Assembly: GCA_052390495.1 (NCBI GenBank)
Contig: JBQTGW010000240.1
Location: forward strand, 33,232 to 97,231
Direction of reading: 5' to 3'
Length of the DNA stretch: 64,000 nucleotides
Origin: Pseudonocardiales bacterium
GTDB taxonomy: Bacteria > Actinomycetota > Actinomycetes > Mycobacteriales > Pseudonocardiaceae
Below are positions 1 through 8,432 of the stretch, piece by piece; within the stretch, counting starts at the first letter, position 1; the number at the start of each line of letters is the position of its first letter. A model generated the notes under the pieces. It was given only the letters and a program-made list of their open reading frames with translations, did no database searches and was not told the origin of the DNA. A program made the position numbers and the translations under genes.

Positions 1-564
1 CGTGAGGATCTCATCCAGCGCGGTGCCGTCGACATGGTGCTGGCCACTTACACGATCAACGACAGGCGCCGTGAGCTGATCAGCTTCGCGGGACCGTACT
101 ACACCGCAGGCCAGTCGCTCATGGTTCAGTCCGACAACACCACGATCACCGGTCCGGAGTCGCTGCGGGCCAGTGGCGCCCGGGTGTGCTCGGTGCAGGG
201 CTCGGCTTCGTCGACCAACATTCTGGAGTACATTGACGTCTCTCAGCAGGTCCTGTTCGACGGCTATGCCAAGTGCGCCGACGCGCTGGGTACCGGCCAG
301 GTCGACGCGGTAACCACCGACAACGTCATTCTGCTCGGTTTCATCTCACAAAGAGCCGGGGCGTTCAAGCTGGTCGGCGACCCGTTCACCGATGAGCCCT
401 ATGGTGTCGGCATCCCCAAGGGGGACGTCGCATTCTGCGAGTTCATCAATGAGGAACTGCGGAAGGCCGAGGCATCCGGCTCCTACCTGGAGGCATGGGA
501 CGCCACGGCGGGTGCCGTCACCGACGAAGAGCCGACGCTTCCGCAATTCGATCCCTGCAGCTGA
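1..564 (+). CDS. polar amino-acid (glutamate-type) ABC transporter substrate-binding protein, C-terminal part; the 5' end is outside the window
   Basis: The frame of ORF 34..564 stays open back to nt 1. The sequence is family-3 solute-binding-protein-like (FAGPYYTAGQSLMV, DAVTTDNVIL, EPYGVGIPKGD). Two polar-amino-acid permease genes follow directly. Confidence 0.8.
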   Translation, partial: REDLIQRGAVDMVLATYTINDRRRELISFAGPYYTAGQSLMVQSDNTTITGPESLRASGARVCSVQGSASSTNILEYIDVSQQVLFDGYAKCADALGTGQVDAVTTDNVILLGFISQRAGAFKLVGDPFTDEPYGVGIPKGDVAFCEFINEELRKAEASGSYLEAWDATAGAVTDEEPTLPQFDPCS

Positions 565-651
565 AGGACACCGGAACTGGCCGAGGATGCTGGTGGGGGC
601 TTTGCTGCCCCCACCAGCTGAGACGATCCCAGCTGGGTCGATCGTAAAGGA

Positions 652-1311
652 GTGCCCACCATCGACGTGATCATCGAGAACTTTGGCGTGTTCGCCGATG
701 GCTTCCTCAAGACGTTGCAGATGTGCGTCCATGCCGCGATCGGCTCCCTCGTGCTCGGCATAGTGATAGCGGCCTTTCGGGTCTCCTCCGTTCCGCCGCT
801 GCGCTGGGTCGGCACGAGCTGGGTCACGGTGTTTCGCAACTGTCCGCTCGTGGTGGTGCTGTTCTTCTGCGCATTCGGGTTGCCCGAGATCGGAATCAAC
901 GGCGCCTACTACTGGTTCGCGATCGCCGGCCTGGTGTTCTACACCTCCGCTTTCGTGTGTGAGGCTGTGCGCAGCGGCATTAATTCCGTCGATGCGGGGC
1001 AAGCCGAGGCGGCCCGCGCGGTCGGTCTCACCTTCACCCAGTCGCTTCGCCACATCGTGCTGCCCCAGGCGCTGCGCTCCGTGGTGCCCCCGCTGGGCAG
1101 CGTCATCATCGCTATGATCAAGAACTCCGCCATTGTCGGCGCGTTCGGTGTCGGCGGCGAACTATTCAGCGTGCAACTGACGCTGGTCGCGTCCCAGGGA
1201 TTTCCGCTGATCCCGGTGCTCCTCGGAATGGCTGCCGGCTACCTGATCATCACTCTGACAACCGGACTACTGCTCGGTGTCCTGGAACGGAAAGTGGCGC
1301 TGGCCCGATGA
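652..1311 (+). CDS. amino-acid ABC transporter permease (GluC-like)
   Basis: 219 aa and multi-TM. It has the EAA-type loop GQAEAARAVGLTFTQSLRHIVLPQAL typical of the His/Glu/Gln/Arg permease family. Its stop overlaps the next start (ATGA at 1308-1311). Confidence 0.85.
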   Translation: MPTIDVIIENFGVFADGFLKTLQMCVHAAIGSLVLGIVIAAFRVSSVPPLRWVGTSWVTVFRNCPLVVVLFFCAFGLPEIGINGAYYWFAIAGLVFYTSAFVCEAVRSGINSVDAGQAEAARAVGLTFTQSLRHIVLPQALRSVVPPLGSVIIAMIKNSAIVGAFGVGGELFSVQLTLVASQGFPLIPVLLGMAAGYLIITLTTGLLLGVLERKVALAR

Positions 1312-2168
1312 CCGTCCCCGTTCTCTACGACAATCCGGGGCCCCGGACCCGGCGCCGGGTGTTGATCGGCTCAGTCCTCGCGGGCGCTGGGCTGTTGGTC
1401 ATCGCCTGCCTGGTCGCCATCCGGCTCTACGACCAGGGCCAGTTTTCCGAACAGCGGTGGGGTCCGCTGCTCAACCCATACAACCCCCAGTTCGCCGCGG
1501 TGTGGGCCAGGCTGCTGGATGCTCTCCTGCTCAACATTTACGCCGCCGTGCTGGCGATGGTGCTGTCCCTGGTCATCGGCACCCTCATGGCGCTGACCAG
1601 GATTACCAGCACGGTGTGGTACCGGTGGGCGGTTGTCAGTGTGATCGAGGTCCTGCGCGGTCTTCCGGTGGTAATCATGATCTTCATGTCGTACCGGATC
1701 CTGCCCGAGCTCGGCGTCCAGCTCCCGCTCCTGTGGTACCTGGTCATCGGGCTCACGGCGTACAACTCGGTCATCATCGCCGAGATCGTGCGCAGCGGAG
1801 TGGCCGCCCTGCCGCGAGGCCAGGCCGAGGCGGCCTGCGCGCTGGGCCTGACGCGGAGCCAGTCACTGTGGTTGATCCAGTTGCCGCAAGCGTTCCGAAT
1901 CATGCTTCCGGTGCTGATCAGCCAGCTCGTGGTGGTGTTCAAGGACACCTCGCTGGGCTTCATCATCCTGTACCCCGAGGCGGTCAGCTTCGCCCGGATC
2001 GCGATCCAGTCGCTGAACAACCCGCTGCAGTTTTACTTCGTCGTCGCGGTGATCTTCATTGTGATCAACTATCTGCTCAGCCGGTTCGCGGTGTGGGTCG
2101 AGCGACGGTTGAGCCGGGCGCGTGCCGTTCCCACGCCAGTACAGCCCGCCGCCAGCGCAGCAGCCTAG
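1308..2168 (+). CDS. amino-acid ABC transporter permease (GluD-like)
   Basis: 286 aa and multi-TM, with the EAA loop GQAEAACALGLTRSQSLWLIQLPQAF. It is translationally coupled to the upstream permease. Confidence 0.85.
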   Translation: MTVPVLYDNPGPRTRRRVLIGSVLAGAGLLVIACLVAIRLYDQGQFSEQRWGPLLNPYNPQFAAVWARLLDALLLNIYAAVLAMVLSLVIGTLMALTRITSTVWYRWAVVSVIEVLRGLPVVIMIFMSYRILPELGVQLPLLWYLVIGLTAYNSVIIAEIVRSGVAALPRGQAEAACALGLTRSQSLWLIQLPQAFRIMLPVLISQLVVVFKDTSLGFIILYPEAVSFARIAIQSLNNPLQFYFVVAVIFIVINYLLSRFAVWVERRLSRARAVPTPVQPAASAAA

Positions 2169-2206
2169 AGTCGGGCGGGTGTATGTCGTTGCCGAGGTGA
2201 TCGTCC

Positions 2207-3241
2207 GTGCCTGAGGGTCAGCTTCAGCATCCGTGGCCAGACCCGCCGCCGGGGCCGAAGGGGCCGCGCGGCACCCGCGCGTGGACGGCGCTGCGCGCCC
2301 TGCACGCCGGTGGGTGGCTCCGGCCGCGGCGGATCGGCTGCCTGCTCGTGGTTCTCGCGATCCTGCTGTACGCCGCGCTGTGGTCGCTGAGCTCGGCTGT
2401 CAATGGGGTCACCGCGATGTTCCGTCCGGACCCGGTGCCAGGCAGTCCGTTCGACACGGTCACACCCACCAGCCCGACCAGCACCGGACCGCCCGGCCCC
2501 GACCTGGTCCTGGGCGGCAAGCTCATCGTGGCGGTCCAGAATGTGCCTGGCCTGGCCGAGCCCACAGCCACCCCGGGCGGGTACACCGGGTTCGGCATCG
2601 CGCTTGTTGAACTCATCGCCAGCGAACTCGGGGAAGATCACGGAGCCACCAACTACAAGTCGGCGTCAACGACGAGCGCTGCGATAGGCATGTTCGCTCG
2701 CGGAGAAGCGAACCTGGCGCTCGGCGAGTTCGCCATCACCCCACAGCCCATTACCCCACAGCCCATTACCCCACAGCAGAGCCCCGAGTTGGGCATCGTG
2801 GTCCCGTACCTGGAGAGCCCGCTGCGGCTGGCTGTGCCGTCGAACAGTCCCGTGAACGGTCTGGACTCGCTAGGTCAGGGAAAGGTGTGCGCCCCGCGGG
2901 ATTCCCCGGCTGAGGCAGCACTGGAGAGTCGACTGGGGGACCGCCTTACCACCCGGGCCAACCTCGGTGCCTGCGACAACCTGCTGGGCGTGAGCGTCAC
3001 GGCGATCATCGGCGATGACCTCGCTCTCCGTCGTCTGCCCGCTATGACGAGCGGCCAGCTACGGGTGGTCGGCGAACCGCTGGGGACCACCGAGTACGGC
3101 ATCGCCGTGCAGCCGGACGACCACGCGCTCCGCGATCGGGTCATCTACGTCCTGCGCACTGCGATCGCCGACGGCACGTGGGCCCGCCTCTACACCGAGT
3201 CCTTCAACAAACCGGCGCCCGACCCGCCAACCATCCGATGA
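2207..3241 (+). CDS. membrane-anchored family-3 solute-binding-domain protein with an (ITPQP)x3 linker
   Basis: 344 aa with an N-terminal TM helix (IGCLLVVLAILLYAALWSL). An SBP-like body follows (GYTGFGIALVELIASELG ... TEYGIAVQPDD). A 15-bp tandem repeat around 2737-2778 encodes ITPQPITPQPITPQ. Confidence 0.6.
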   Translation: MPEGQLQHPWPDPPPGPKGPRGTRAWTALRALHAGGWLRPRRIGCLLVVLAILLYAALWSLSSAVNGVTAMFRPDPVPGSPFDTVTPTSPTSTGPPGPDLVLGGKLIVAVQNVPGLAEPTATPGGYTGFGIALVELIASELGEDHGATNYKSASTTSAAIGMFARGEANLALGEFAITPQPITPQPITPQQSPELGIVVPYLESPLRLAVPSNSPVNGLDSLGQGKVCAPRDSPAEAALESRLGDRLTTRANLGACDNLLGVSVTAIIGDDLALRRLPAMTSGQLRVVGEPLGTTEYGIAVQPDDHALRDRVIYVLRTAIADGTWARLYTESFNKPAPDPPTIR

Positions 3242-3247
3242 CCGAGG

Positions 3248-4006
3248 CTAGCGCCGGTTGCGGCGAAACAGCCGGGTGAGCGGGTCGAAACGCAGGTCAA
3301 CCACCCGCTCCTTCATCGGGATCAGGGCGTTGTCCGTGATCTTGATGTGCTCCGGGCAGACGTCGGTGCAGCACTTGGTGATGTTGCAGAACCCGAGGCC
3401 GTGCTCGTCCTGGGCCTCTTTCCGGCGGTCCACACCCTGCTCGGCAGCTGCGTCCAGTGGATGCATGTCCAGTTCGGCGATCCGCATCAAGAAACGTGGC
3501 CCGGAGAAGTTCTCCTTGTTCTCCTCGTGGTCGCGGATCACGTGGCAGGTGTCCTGGCACAGGAAGCACTCGATGCACTTGCGGAACTCCTGCGAGCGCT
3601 CCACGTCCATCTGCGTCATCCGGTACTCGCCTGGCTGCACACCCTTGGGTGGGACGAACGCCCGGACCTCGCGCGCTTTCTCGTAGTTGTACGACACGTC
3701 GGTGACCAGGTCGCGAATGATGGGGAAGGCCCGCATCGGGGTGATCGTCACGCTTTGCTCGGCTGGCAGGGTGGACATCCGGGTCATGCACAGCAGCCGT
3801 GGTCGGCCGTTGATCTCGGCGCTACACGACCCACACTTGCCCGCCTTGCAGTTCCACCGCACCGCGAGATCGGGCGCCTGGGTGGCCTGCAAGCGGTGGA
3901 TCACGTCGAGGACCACCTCGCCCTCGTTGACCTCCGCGTTGAAGTCAACGAGTTGCCCGCCTGCTGCGTCACCCCGCCACACCCGGAAACGCTGCTGGTA
4001 GCTCAT
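3248..4006 (-). CDS. sdhB: succinate dehydrogenase/fumarate reductase iron-sulfur subunit
   Basis: The track ORF is 3248..4249, but its first 81 codons overlap sdhA out of frame. The ATG at 4006 (MSYQQRFRVWRG) forms an ATGA overlap with the sdhA stop. Cys clusters are present: CKAGKCGSC, CIECFLCQDTC and CNITKCCTDVCP. Confidence 0.9.
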   Translation of the reverse strand: MSYQQRFRVWRGDAAGGQLVDFNAEVNEGEVVLDVIHRLQATQAPDLAVRWNCKAGKCGSCSAEINGRPRLLCMTRMSTLPAEQSVTITPMRAFPIIRDLVTDVSYNYEKAREVRAFVPPKGVQPGEYRMTQMDVERSQEFRKCIECFLCQDTCHVIRDHEENKENFSGPRFLMRIAELDMHPLDAAAEQGVDRRKEAQDEHGLGFCNITKCCTDVCPEHIKITDNALIPMKERVVDLRFDPLTRLFRRNRR

Positions 4007-5901
4007 CAGTCCGTCCCTCCAGGGAGTTCCTCGGCGGTGAAGTACTTCTTCAGCTCGTCGAGCTCGAACAGTTCGACCAGGTCGGCGCGCATCTGAAGCT
4101 GGTCCTGAGGCTCGACGTGCACGGTGGCGTCCTCGTGCTGCGTGCACACCAGCACCACCCGACGCCACTGCGGATCCATCCCGGGATGGTCCTCGCGGGT
4201 GTGCCCGCCCCGGCTCTCGGTCCGTTGCAACGCAGCCCGGGTGACGCACTCGCTGACCGCCAGCATGTTGCGCAGATCCAGCGCCAGGTGCCAGCCCGGA
4301 TTGAACTGACGGTGCCCCTCCACGACGACATGCTCGGCCCGTCTGCGCAGCTCGTCGAGCTTCTTGAGGGCCAGCTCCATCTCATCGGACCTACGGATGA
4401 TGCCGACCAGATCGTGCATGGTCTGCTGCAGTTCCTGATGCAGCGAGTACGGATTCTCCGCGCCCTCGCCGGCTGGCTCGCCGAAGGGGGCCACCGCCCG
4501 GTTCATCGCGGCCTCGACGTCGATGTCGCTGCTCGAAGGGCGAAACCCGCCGAGGGAGTCTAGGTAGGACGCCGCCCCGAGCCCAGCCCGCCGACCGAAG
4601 ACTAGTAGGTCGGACAGCGAGTTACCGCCCAGCCGGTTCGAGCCGTGCATCCCGCCCGCGACCTCGCCGGCGGCGAAGAGCCCGGGCACCGACGCTGCCG
4701 CGGTGTCCGCGTCGACCTCCACTCCCCCCATCACGTAATGGCAGGTGGGTCCGACCTCCATGGGCTCGGCCGTGATGTCGACGTCGGCCAGTTCCTTGAA
4801 CTGGTGATACATCGAAGGCAGCCGCTTGGTGATGACGTCGGCGGGCAGGCGGGTGGCGATGTCGAGGAGAACGCCGCCATGTGGCGACCCGCGGCCCGCC
4901 TTGACCTCGGAGTTGATCGCCCTGGCGACCTCGTCCCGGGGCAGCAGCTCGGGCGGCCTGCGGTTGTGCTCCGGATCGTCGTACCAGCGGTCCGCCTCCG
5001 CCTCCGTGGTCGCGTATTTGTCCTTGAAGACGTCGGGGATGTAGTCGAACATGAACCGCGTTCCCTCGGAGTTGCGCAGCACCCCGCCGTCGCCTCGTAC
5101 CGACTCCGTCACCAGGATTCCCTTGACGCTGGGCGGCCACACCATCCCGGTGGGGTGAAACTGTACGCACTCCATGTTGATCAGCGAGGCCCCCGCGCGT
5201 AGCGCGAGCGCGTGCCCGTCCCCGGTGTACTCCCAGGAATTGCTGGTGACCTTGAAAGACTTGCCGATCCCGCCAGTGGCCAGGATCACGGCCGGTGCGT
5301 CAAAACGGACGAAGCGGCCGGTCTCGCGCCAGTACCCGAACGCCCCGGACACCGCGGCGGCGTCTTTGAGCAATTCGGTGATCGTGCACTCGGCGAAGAC
5401 CCTGAGATTGGCCTCGTAGTTCCCGTGCTGGGCGAAGTCCTCCTGCTGCAACGACACGATCTTCTGTTGCAGCGTGCGGATGAGCTCCAGACCCGTGCGG
5501 TCACCCACATGCGCCAGCCGCGGATACTCGTGACCGCCGAAGTTCCGCTGGCTGATCTTGCCTTCCTTGGTGCGGTCGAACAGCGCGCCGTAGGTCTCCA
5601 GCTCCCATACCCGCTGCGGCGCCTCCTTCGCATGCAACTCGGCCATCCGCCAGTTGTTGAGGAACTTGCCCCCACGCATGGTGTCGCGGAAATGCACCTG
5701 CCAGTTGTCTCGCGGGTTGGCGTTGCCCATCGACGCCGCGATACCGCCCTCGGCCATCACGGTATGTGCCTTGCCGAACAGGGACTTGCAGACGATGGCG
5801 GTACGTTTGCCCAGCTCGCGGGCCTCGATCGCGGCTCGCAGCCCGGCGCCGCCCGCGCCGATCACCACGACGTCGTAGTCGTGCCGCTCGATTTCGGTCA
5901 T
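4006..5901 (-). CDS. sdhA: succinate dehydrogenase/fumarate reductase flavoprotein subunit
   Basis: 631 aa with the FAD fold VVVIGAGGAGLRAA and an HTVMAEGG motif. Sequence is fumarate reductase/SDH flavoprotein-like throughout. It sits between the cytochrome b and Fe-S subunit genes. Confidence 0.95.
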   Translation of the reverse strand: MTEIERHDYDVVVIGAGGAGLRAAIEARELGKRTAIVCKSLFGKAHTVMAEGGIAASMGNANPRDNWQVHFRDTMRGGKFLNNWRMAELHAKEAPQRVWELETYGALFDRTKEGKISQRNFGGHEYPRLAHVGDRTGLELIRTLQQKIVSLQQEDFAQHGNYEANLRVFAECTITELLKDAAAVSGAFGYWRETGRFVRFDAPAVILATGGIGKSFKVTSNSWEYTGDGHALALRAGASLINMECVQFHPTGMVWPPSVKGILVTESVRGDGGVLRNSEGTRFMFDYIPDVFKDKYATTEAEADRWYDDPEHNRRPPELLPRDEVARAINSEVKAGRGSPHGGVLLDIATRLPADVITKRLPSMYHQFKELADVDITAEPMEVGPTCHYVMGGVEVDADTAAASVPGLFAAGEVAGGMHGSNRLGGNSLSDLLVFGRRAGLGAASYLDSLGGFRPSSSDIDVEAAMNRAVAPFGEPAGEGAENPYSLHQELQQTMHDLVGIIRRSDEMELALKKLDELRRRAEHVVVEGHRQFNPGWHLALDLRNMLAVSECVTRAALQRTESRGGHTREDHPGMDPQWRRVVLVCTQHEDATVHVEPQDQLQMRADLVELFELDELKKYFTAEELPGGTD

Positions 5902-5911
5902 GGGATCCTCG

Positions 5912-6730
5912 TCAGTTGAAAATGCGCAGGTCGGAGAGCACGCCGGAGGAGACCAGCGCGATGTAGCCGTCGGTCAGCATCAGGGTTCCCAGCGTGACCC
6001 ACGCGAGCTGCATGTGCCGCCCGTTGAGCAGCGAGATCCCGGTCCAGGCCCGGTACCGCAGCGGGTGCTTCGAAAAGTGCTTAAGTTTACCACCGAGGAT
6101 ATGCCGACACGAGTGGCAGGACAACGTATAAGCCCACAGCAGCACCACATTGACCACGAGGATGATGTTGCCGAGCCCGACACCGAAGCCGTTCTCGCCG
6201 TTGAAGGCGAGGACCGCATCATAGGTGTTGATCACCGAGATCAGGATCGCGGCGTAGAAGAAGTACCGGTGCAGGTTCTGCCCGAGGAGCGGAAATCGGG
6301 TCTCGCCGCTGTAGATCTTGTGCGGCTCACCGACCGCGCACGCGGGAGGCGAAAGCCAGAAAGCACGGTAGTACGCCTTGCGGTAGTAGTAGCACGTCAC
6401 GCGGAACAGGAGCAGGAACGGTAGGCTGACAATAGCCAACGGGATGAAGAAGGGAAACTCCGGAAACGGGCGACCGAAGTGCGCCGATTCTGGGATACAG
6501 GACATGCTCAAGCACGGGGAGTAGAATGGTGTGAGGTAGTGGTATTCCGCCACCCAGTAGTAGTCCTGCATGAACGCTCGGGCCGTCGCATAGCCGACGA
6601 AGGTCATCAGACCCAGGAAAGTCAGCAGTGGCGCGAGCCACCAGCGGTCGGTGCGGAGGGTCCGTCCAGCGATGGCTGCCCGTCCGGGCTTGGCCATCCG
6701 GGACGGCGGTGCAGGCGAGGTAGTGGTCAT
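5912..6730 (-). CDS. succinate dehydrogenase cytochrome b-type membrane subunit (Sdh1-type, single large anchor)
   Basis: 272 aa with several TM segments and conserved His residues. It lies directly upstream of sdhA/sdhB. As I recall, this is the same three-gene layout as mycobacterial Rv0249c-Rv0247c. Confidence 0.75.
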   Translation of the reverse strand: MTTTSPAPPSRMAKPGRAAIAGRTLRTDRWWLAPLLTFLGLMTFVGYATARAFMQDYYWVAEYHYLTPFYSPCLSMSCIPESAHFGRPFPEFPFFIPLAIVSLPFLLLFRVTCYYYRKAYYRAFWLSPPACAVGEPHKIYSGETRFPLLGQNLHRYFFYAAILISVINTYDAVLAFNGENGFGVGLGNIILVVNVVLLWAYTLSCHSCRHILGGKLKHFSKHPLRYRAWTGISLLNGRHMQLAWVTLGTLMLTDGYIALVSSGVLSDLRIFN

Positions 6731-6924
6731 GACGTCGATTCGGCTTGGTGACGGTAGGTGGTCAGGTGCCCCGCCGCCCCAGCAAAGCCAGCGTTACTGG
6801 GGCGGGGCGAGTGGATGGTCGGCCGTCGGCACACGGTCAGGCGGTTCCTCATGACGGTAGAGTGCGCAGACGGCACAGGTCAAAGATATGGTGACGCTCG
6901 TTACGATAGCTCTAGACTATCGAA

Positions 6925-7917
6925 ATGCAGCTGCAGCAACTCGCCTACTTCCTCGCTGTCGCACGGGCCCTCCACTTCACCCGTGCTGCGGAACTCTCCC
7001 ACGTCGCACAGCCGTCACTGAGCAAGCAGATCCACAACCTCGAGCGAGAGCTGGGCAGCGAGCTGTTCCACCGGGCCCGAGGCAATGTCAGCCTCACCCC
7101 AGCTGGTGAAGCGCTCGTCCCCTTCGCGAAACGGATCCTGGCCGACGTCGAGACGGCCCGCCTGCAGATAAACGAGCTGGCCGAGCTCCGCCAGGGGCGG
7201 CTGCGGCTGGGTGCCACGCCGAGTCTGTGCACCGGCCTGCTGGCCGACGCGCTCGCCCGCTTTCACACCCGCTACCCCGGGCTGCAGCTCGTCATCGACG
7301 AAAGCGGGTCCCGAGACCTGGTGCGCCAGGTCGCCGAAGGAGCCATCGACCTGGCGGTGATCACCTCTCCACTGCACCGAGGGGATCCCACCTTGGACAC
7401 CGCCCCCATCCTGCGGGAGCAGCTGACGGTAGCGGTGCCGCGCACCATGGACCTCGCCCTCGACTCCTTCCGGATCGATGATCTCCGGAACCGGCCGTTG
7501 GTGATGTTCCAGGATGGCTACGACCTGCGTTCGATGACTCTCATGGCCTGCCAGCGCGCCGGGTTCCAGCCCCAGTTCGCCATCGAGGGCGGTGAGATGG
7601 ACGCAGTGCTCAGCTTTGTCGAAGCTGGGCTCGGGATCGCGGTAGTCCCCAGCATGGTCCTGGCGGGTCGCCCGAAGCTGCGTGGTGTGCCGTTCGTGCC
7701 CCCCATCCCCACGCGCACGATCGCGCTGGCCCACCGCAAGGACATGCACCCGACCCGGGCCGCCGAGGAGTTCCGGTCCACCCTGTTGGGCCTGCTGGCG
7801 GACGCCCGCGTCCACAACGATCTCCCAGACGGCGTCGAGTTCATCTCGCCCAAGGACGGTCAGTCGGGGCTCGACTCGACTTCTCCGGGCTCGACTTCTC
7901 CGACCCAGCCGCGTTGA
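6925..7917 (+). CDS. LysR-family transcriptional regulator
   Basis: The N-terminal wHTH is MQLQQLAYFLAVARALHFTRAAELSHVAQPSLSKQIHNLERELG, followed by a LysR substrate-binding domain. It is divergent from the sdh operon. Confidence 0.9.
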   Translation: MQLQQLAYFLAVARALHFTRAAELSHVAQPSLSKQIHNLERELGSELFHRARGNVSLTPAGEALVPFAKRILADVETARLQINELAELRQGRLRLGATPSLCTGLLADALARFHTRYPGLQLVIDESGSRDLVRQVAEGAIDLAVITSPLHRGDPTLDTAPILREQLTVAVPRTMDLALDSFRIDDLRNRPLVMFQDGYDLRSMTLMACQRAGFQPQFAIEGGEMDAVLSFVEAGLGIAVVPSMVLAGRPKLRGVPFVPPIPTRTIALAHRKDMHPTRAAEEFRSTLLGLLADARVHNDLPDGVEFISPKDGQSGLDSTSPGSTSPTQPR

Positions 7918-8432
7918 CCGAGTTCATCACGTACCACCCGCAAGGCCACCCCTTCGGAGTAACCCTTGCGGGCCAGCATCCCCGCCAGCCTGCGAACCAG
8001 GGTGCTGGAGTCCTGCGCGGTGCTGGTGCGTAGCTTGCGCCGGACCAGTTCGCGGGCCCGCTGCTCCTCGTCCTCGGGCTGCACCGCAGCCACCGCCTCA
8101 CGAGCGACCCCGTCGGGCACTCCCCTACGCCGGAGCTCGGCGCTCAGTGCCCGTCTACCCAGACCACGGTAGGTGTGCCCGGAGTACACCGCCGTCTCGG
8201 CGAAGGCAGCGTCGTCCAGCAGGCCCACCGCACCGAGGCGATCAAGCACTTGCTCACCGACCCCCTCGGGGATCCCTTTCCGACGCAACGCCTCAGCCAG
8301 CTCAGCACGACTACGAGGCCGCGCCGTGAGCAACTTCAAGCAGATCCCACGCGCCTGCGCCGCAGGATCCGTGTCCACACTCGGACCGCGAGCGGTCATT
8401 GCGGCCTCCGGCGTCTCGCCCGTCGGGATCAT
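7860..8432 (-). CDS. recX: recombination regulator RecX
   Basis: 190 aa with RecX-like helical repeats ([28 protein letters not shown]...). Its start overlaps the recA stop by 1 nt. The alternative start MTARGPS is 11 codons downstream. Confidence 0.85.
   Translation of the reverse strand: MIPTGETPEAAMTARGPSVDTDPAAQARGICLKLLTARPRSRAELAEALRRKGIPEGVGEQVLDRLGAVGLLDDAAFAETAVYSGHTYRGLGRRALSAELRRRGVPDGVAREAVAAVQPEDEEQRARELVRRKLRTSTAQDSSTLVRRLAGMLARKGYSEGVALRVVRDELGQRGWVGEVEPGEVESSPD

Noticed and set aside
2737-2778. 15-bp tandem repeats encoding ITPQPITPQPITPQ. A similar set at about 45340-45420 encodes TQLT(G/E) units in the DD-carboxypeptidase.
   Set aside because: These are real repeats, but they are ordinary in-frame Pro/Thr/Gln linker expansions in secreted or membrane proteins. 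I note them in the feature evidence and do not treat them as separate findings.
4007-4249. An 81-codon N-terminal extension of the Fe-S subunit ORF.
   Set aside because: It overlaps the 3' end of sdhA in another frame. The conserved SdhB N-terminus starts at the ATG at 4006, with the classic ATGA coupling.
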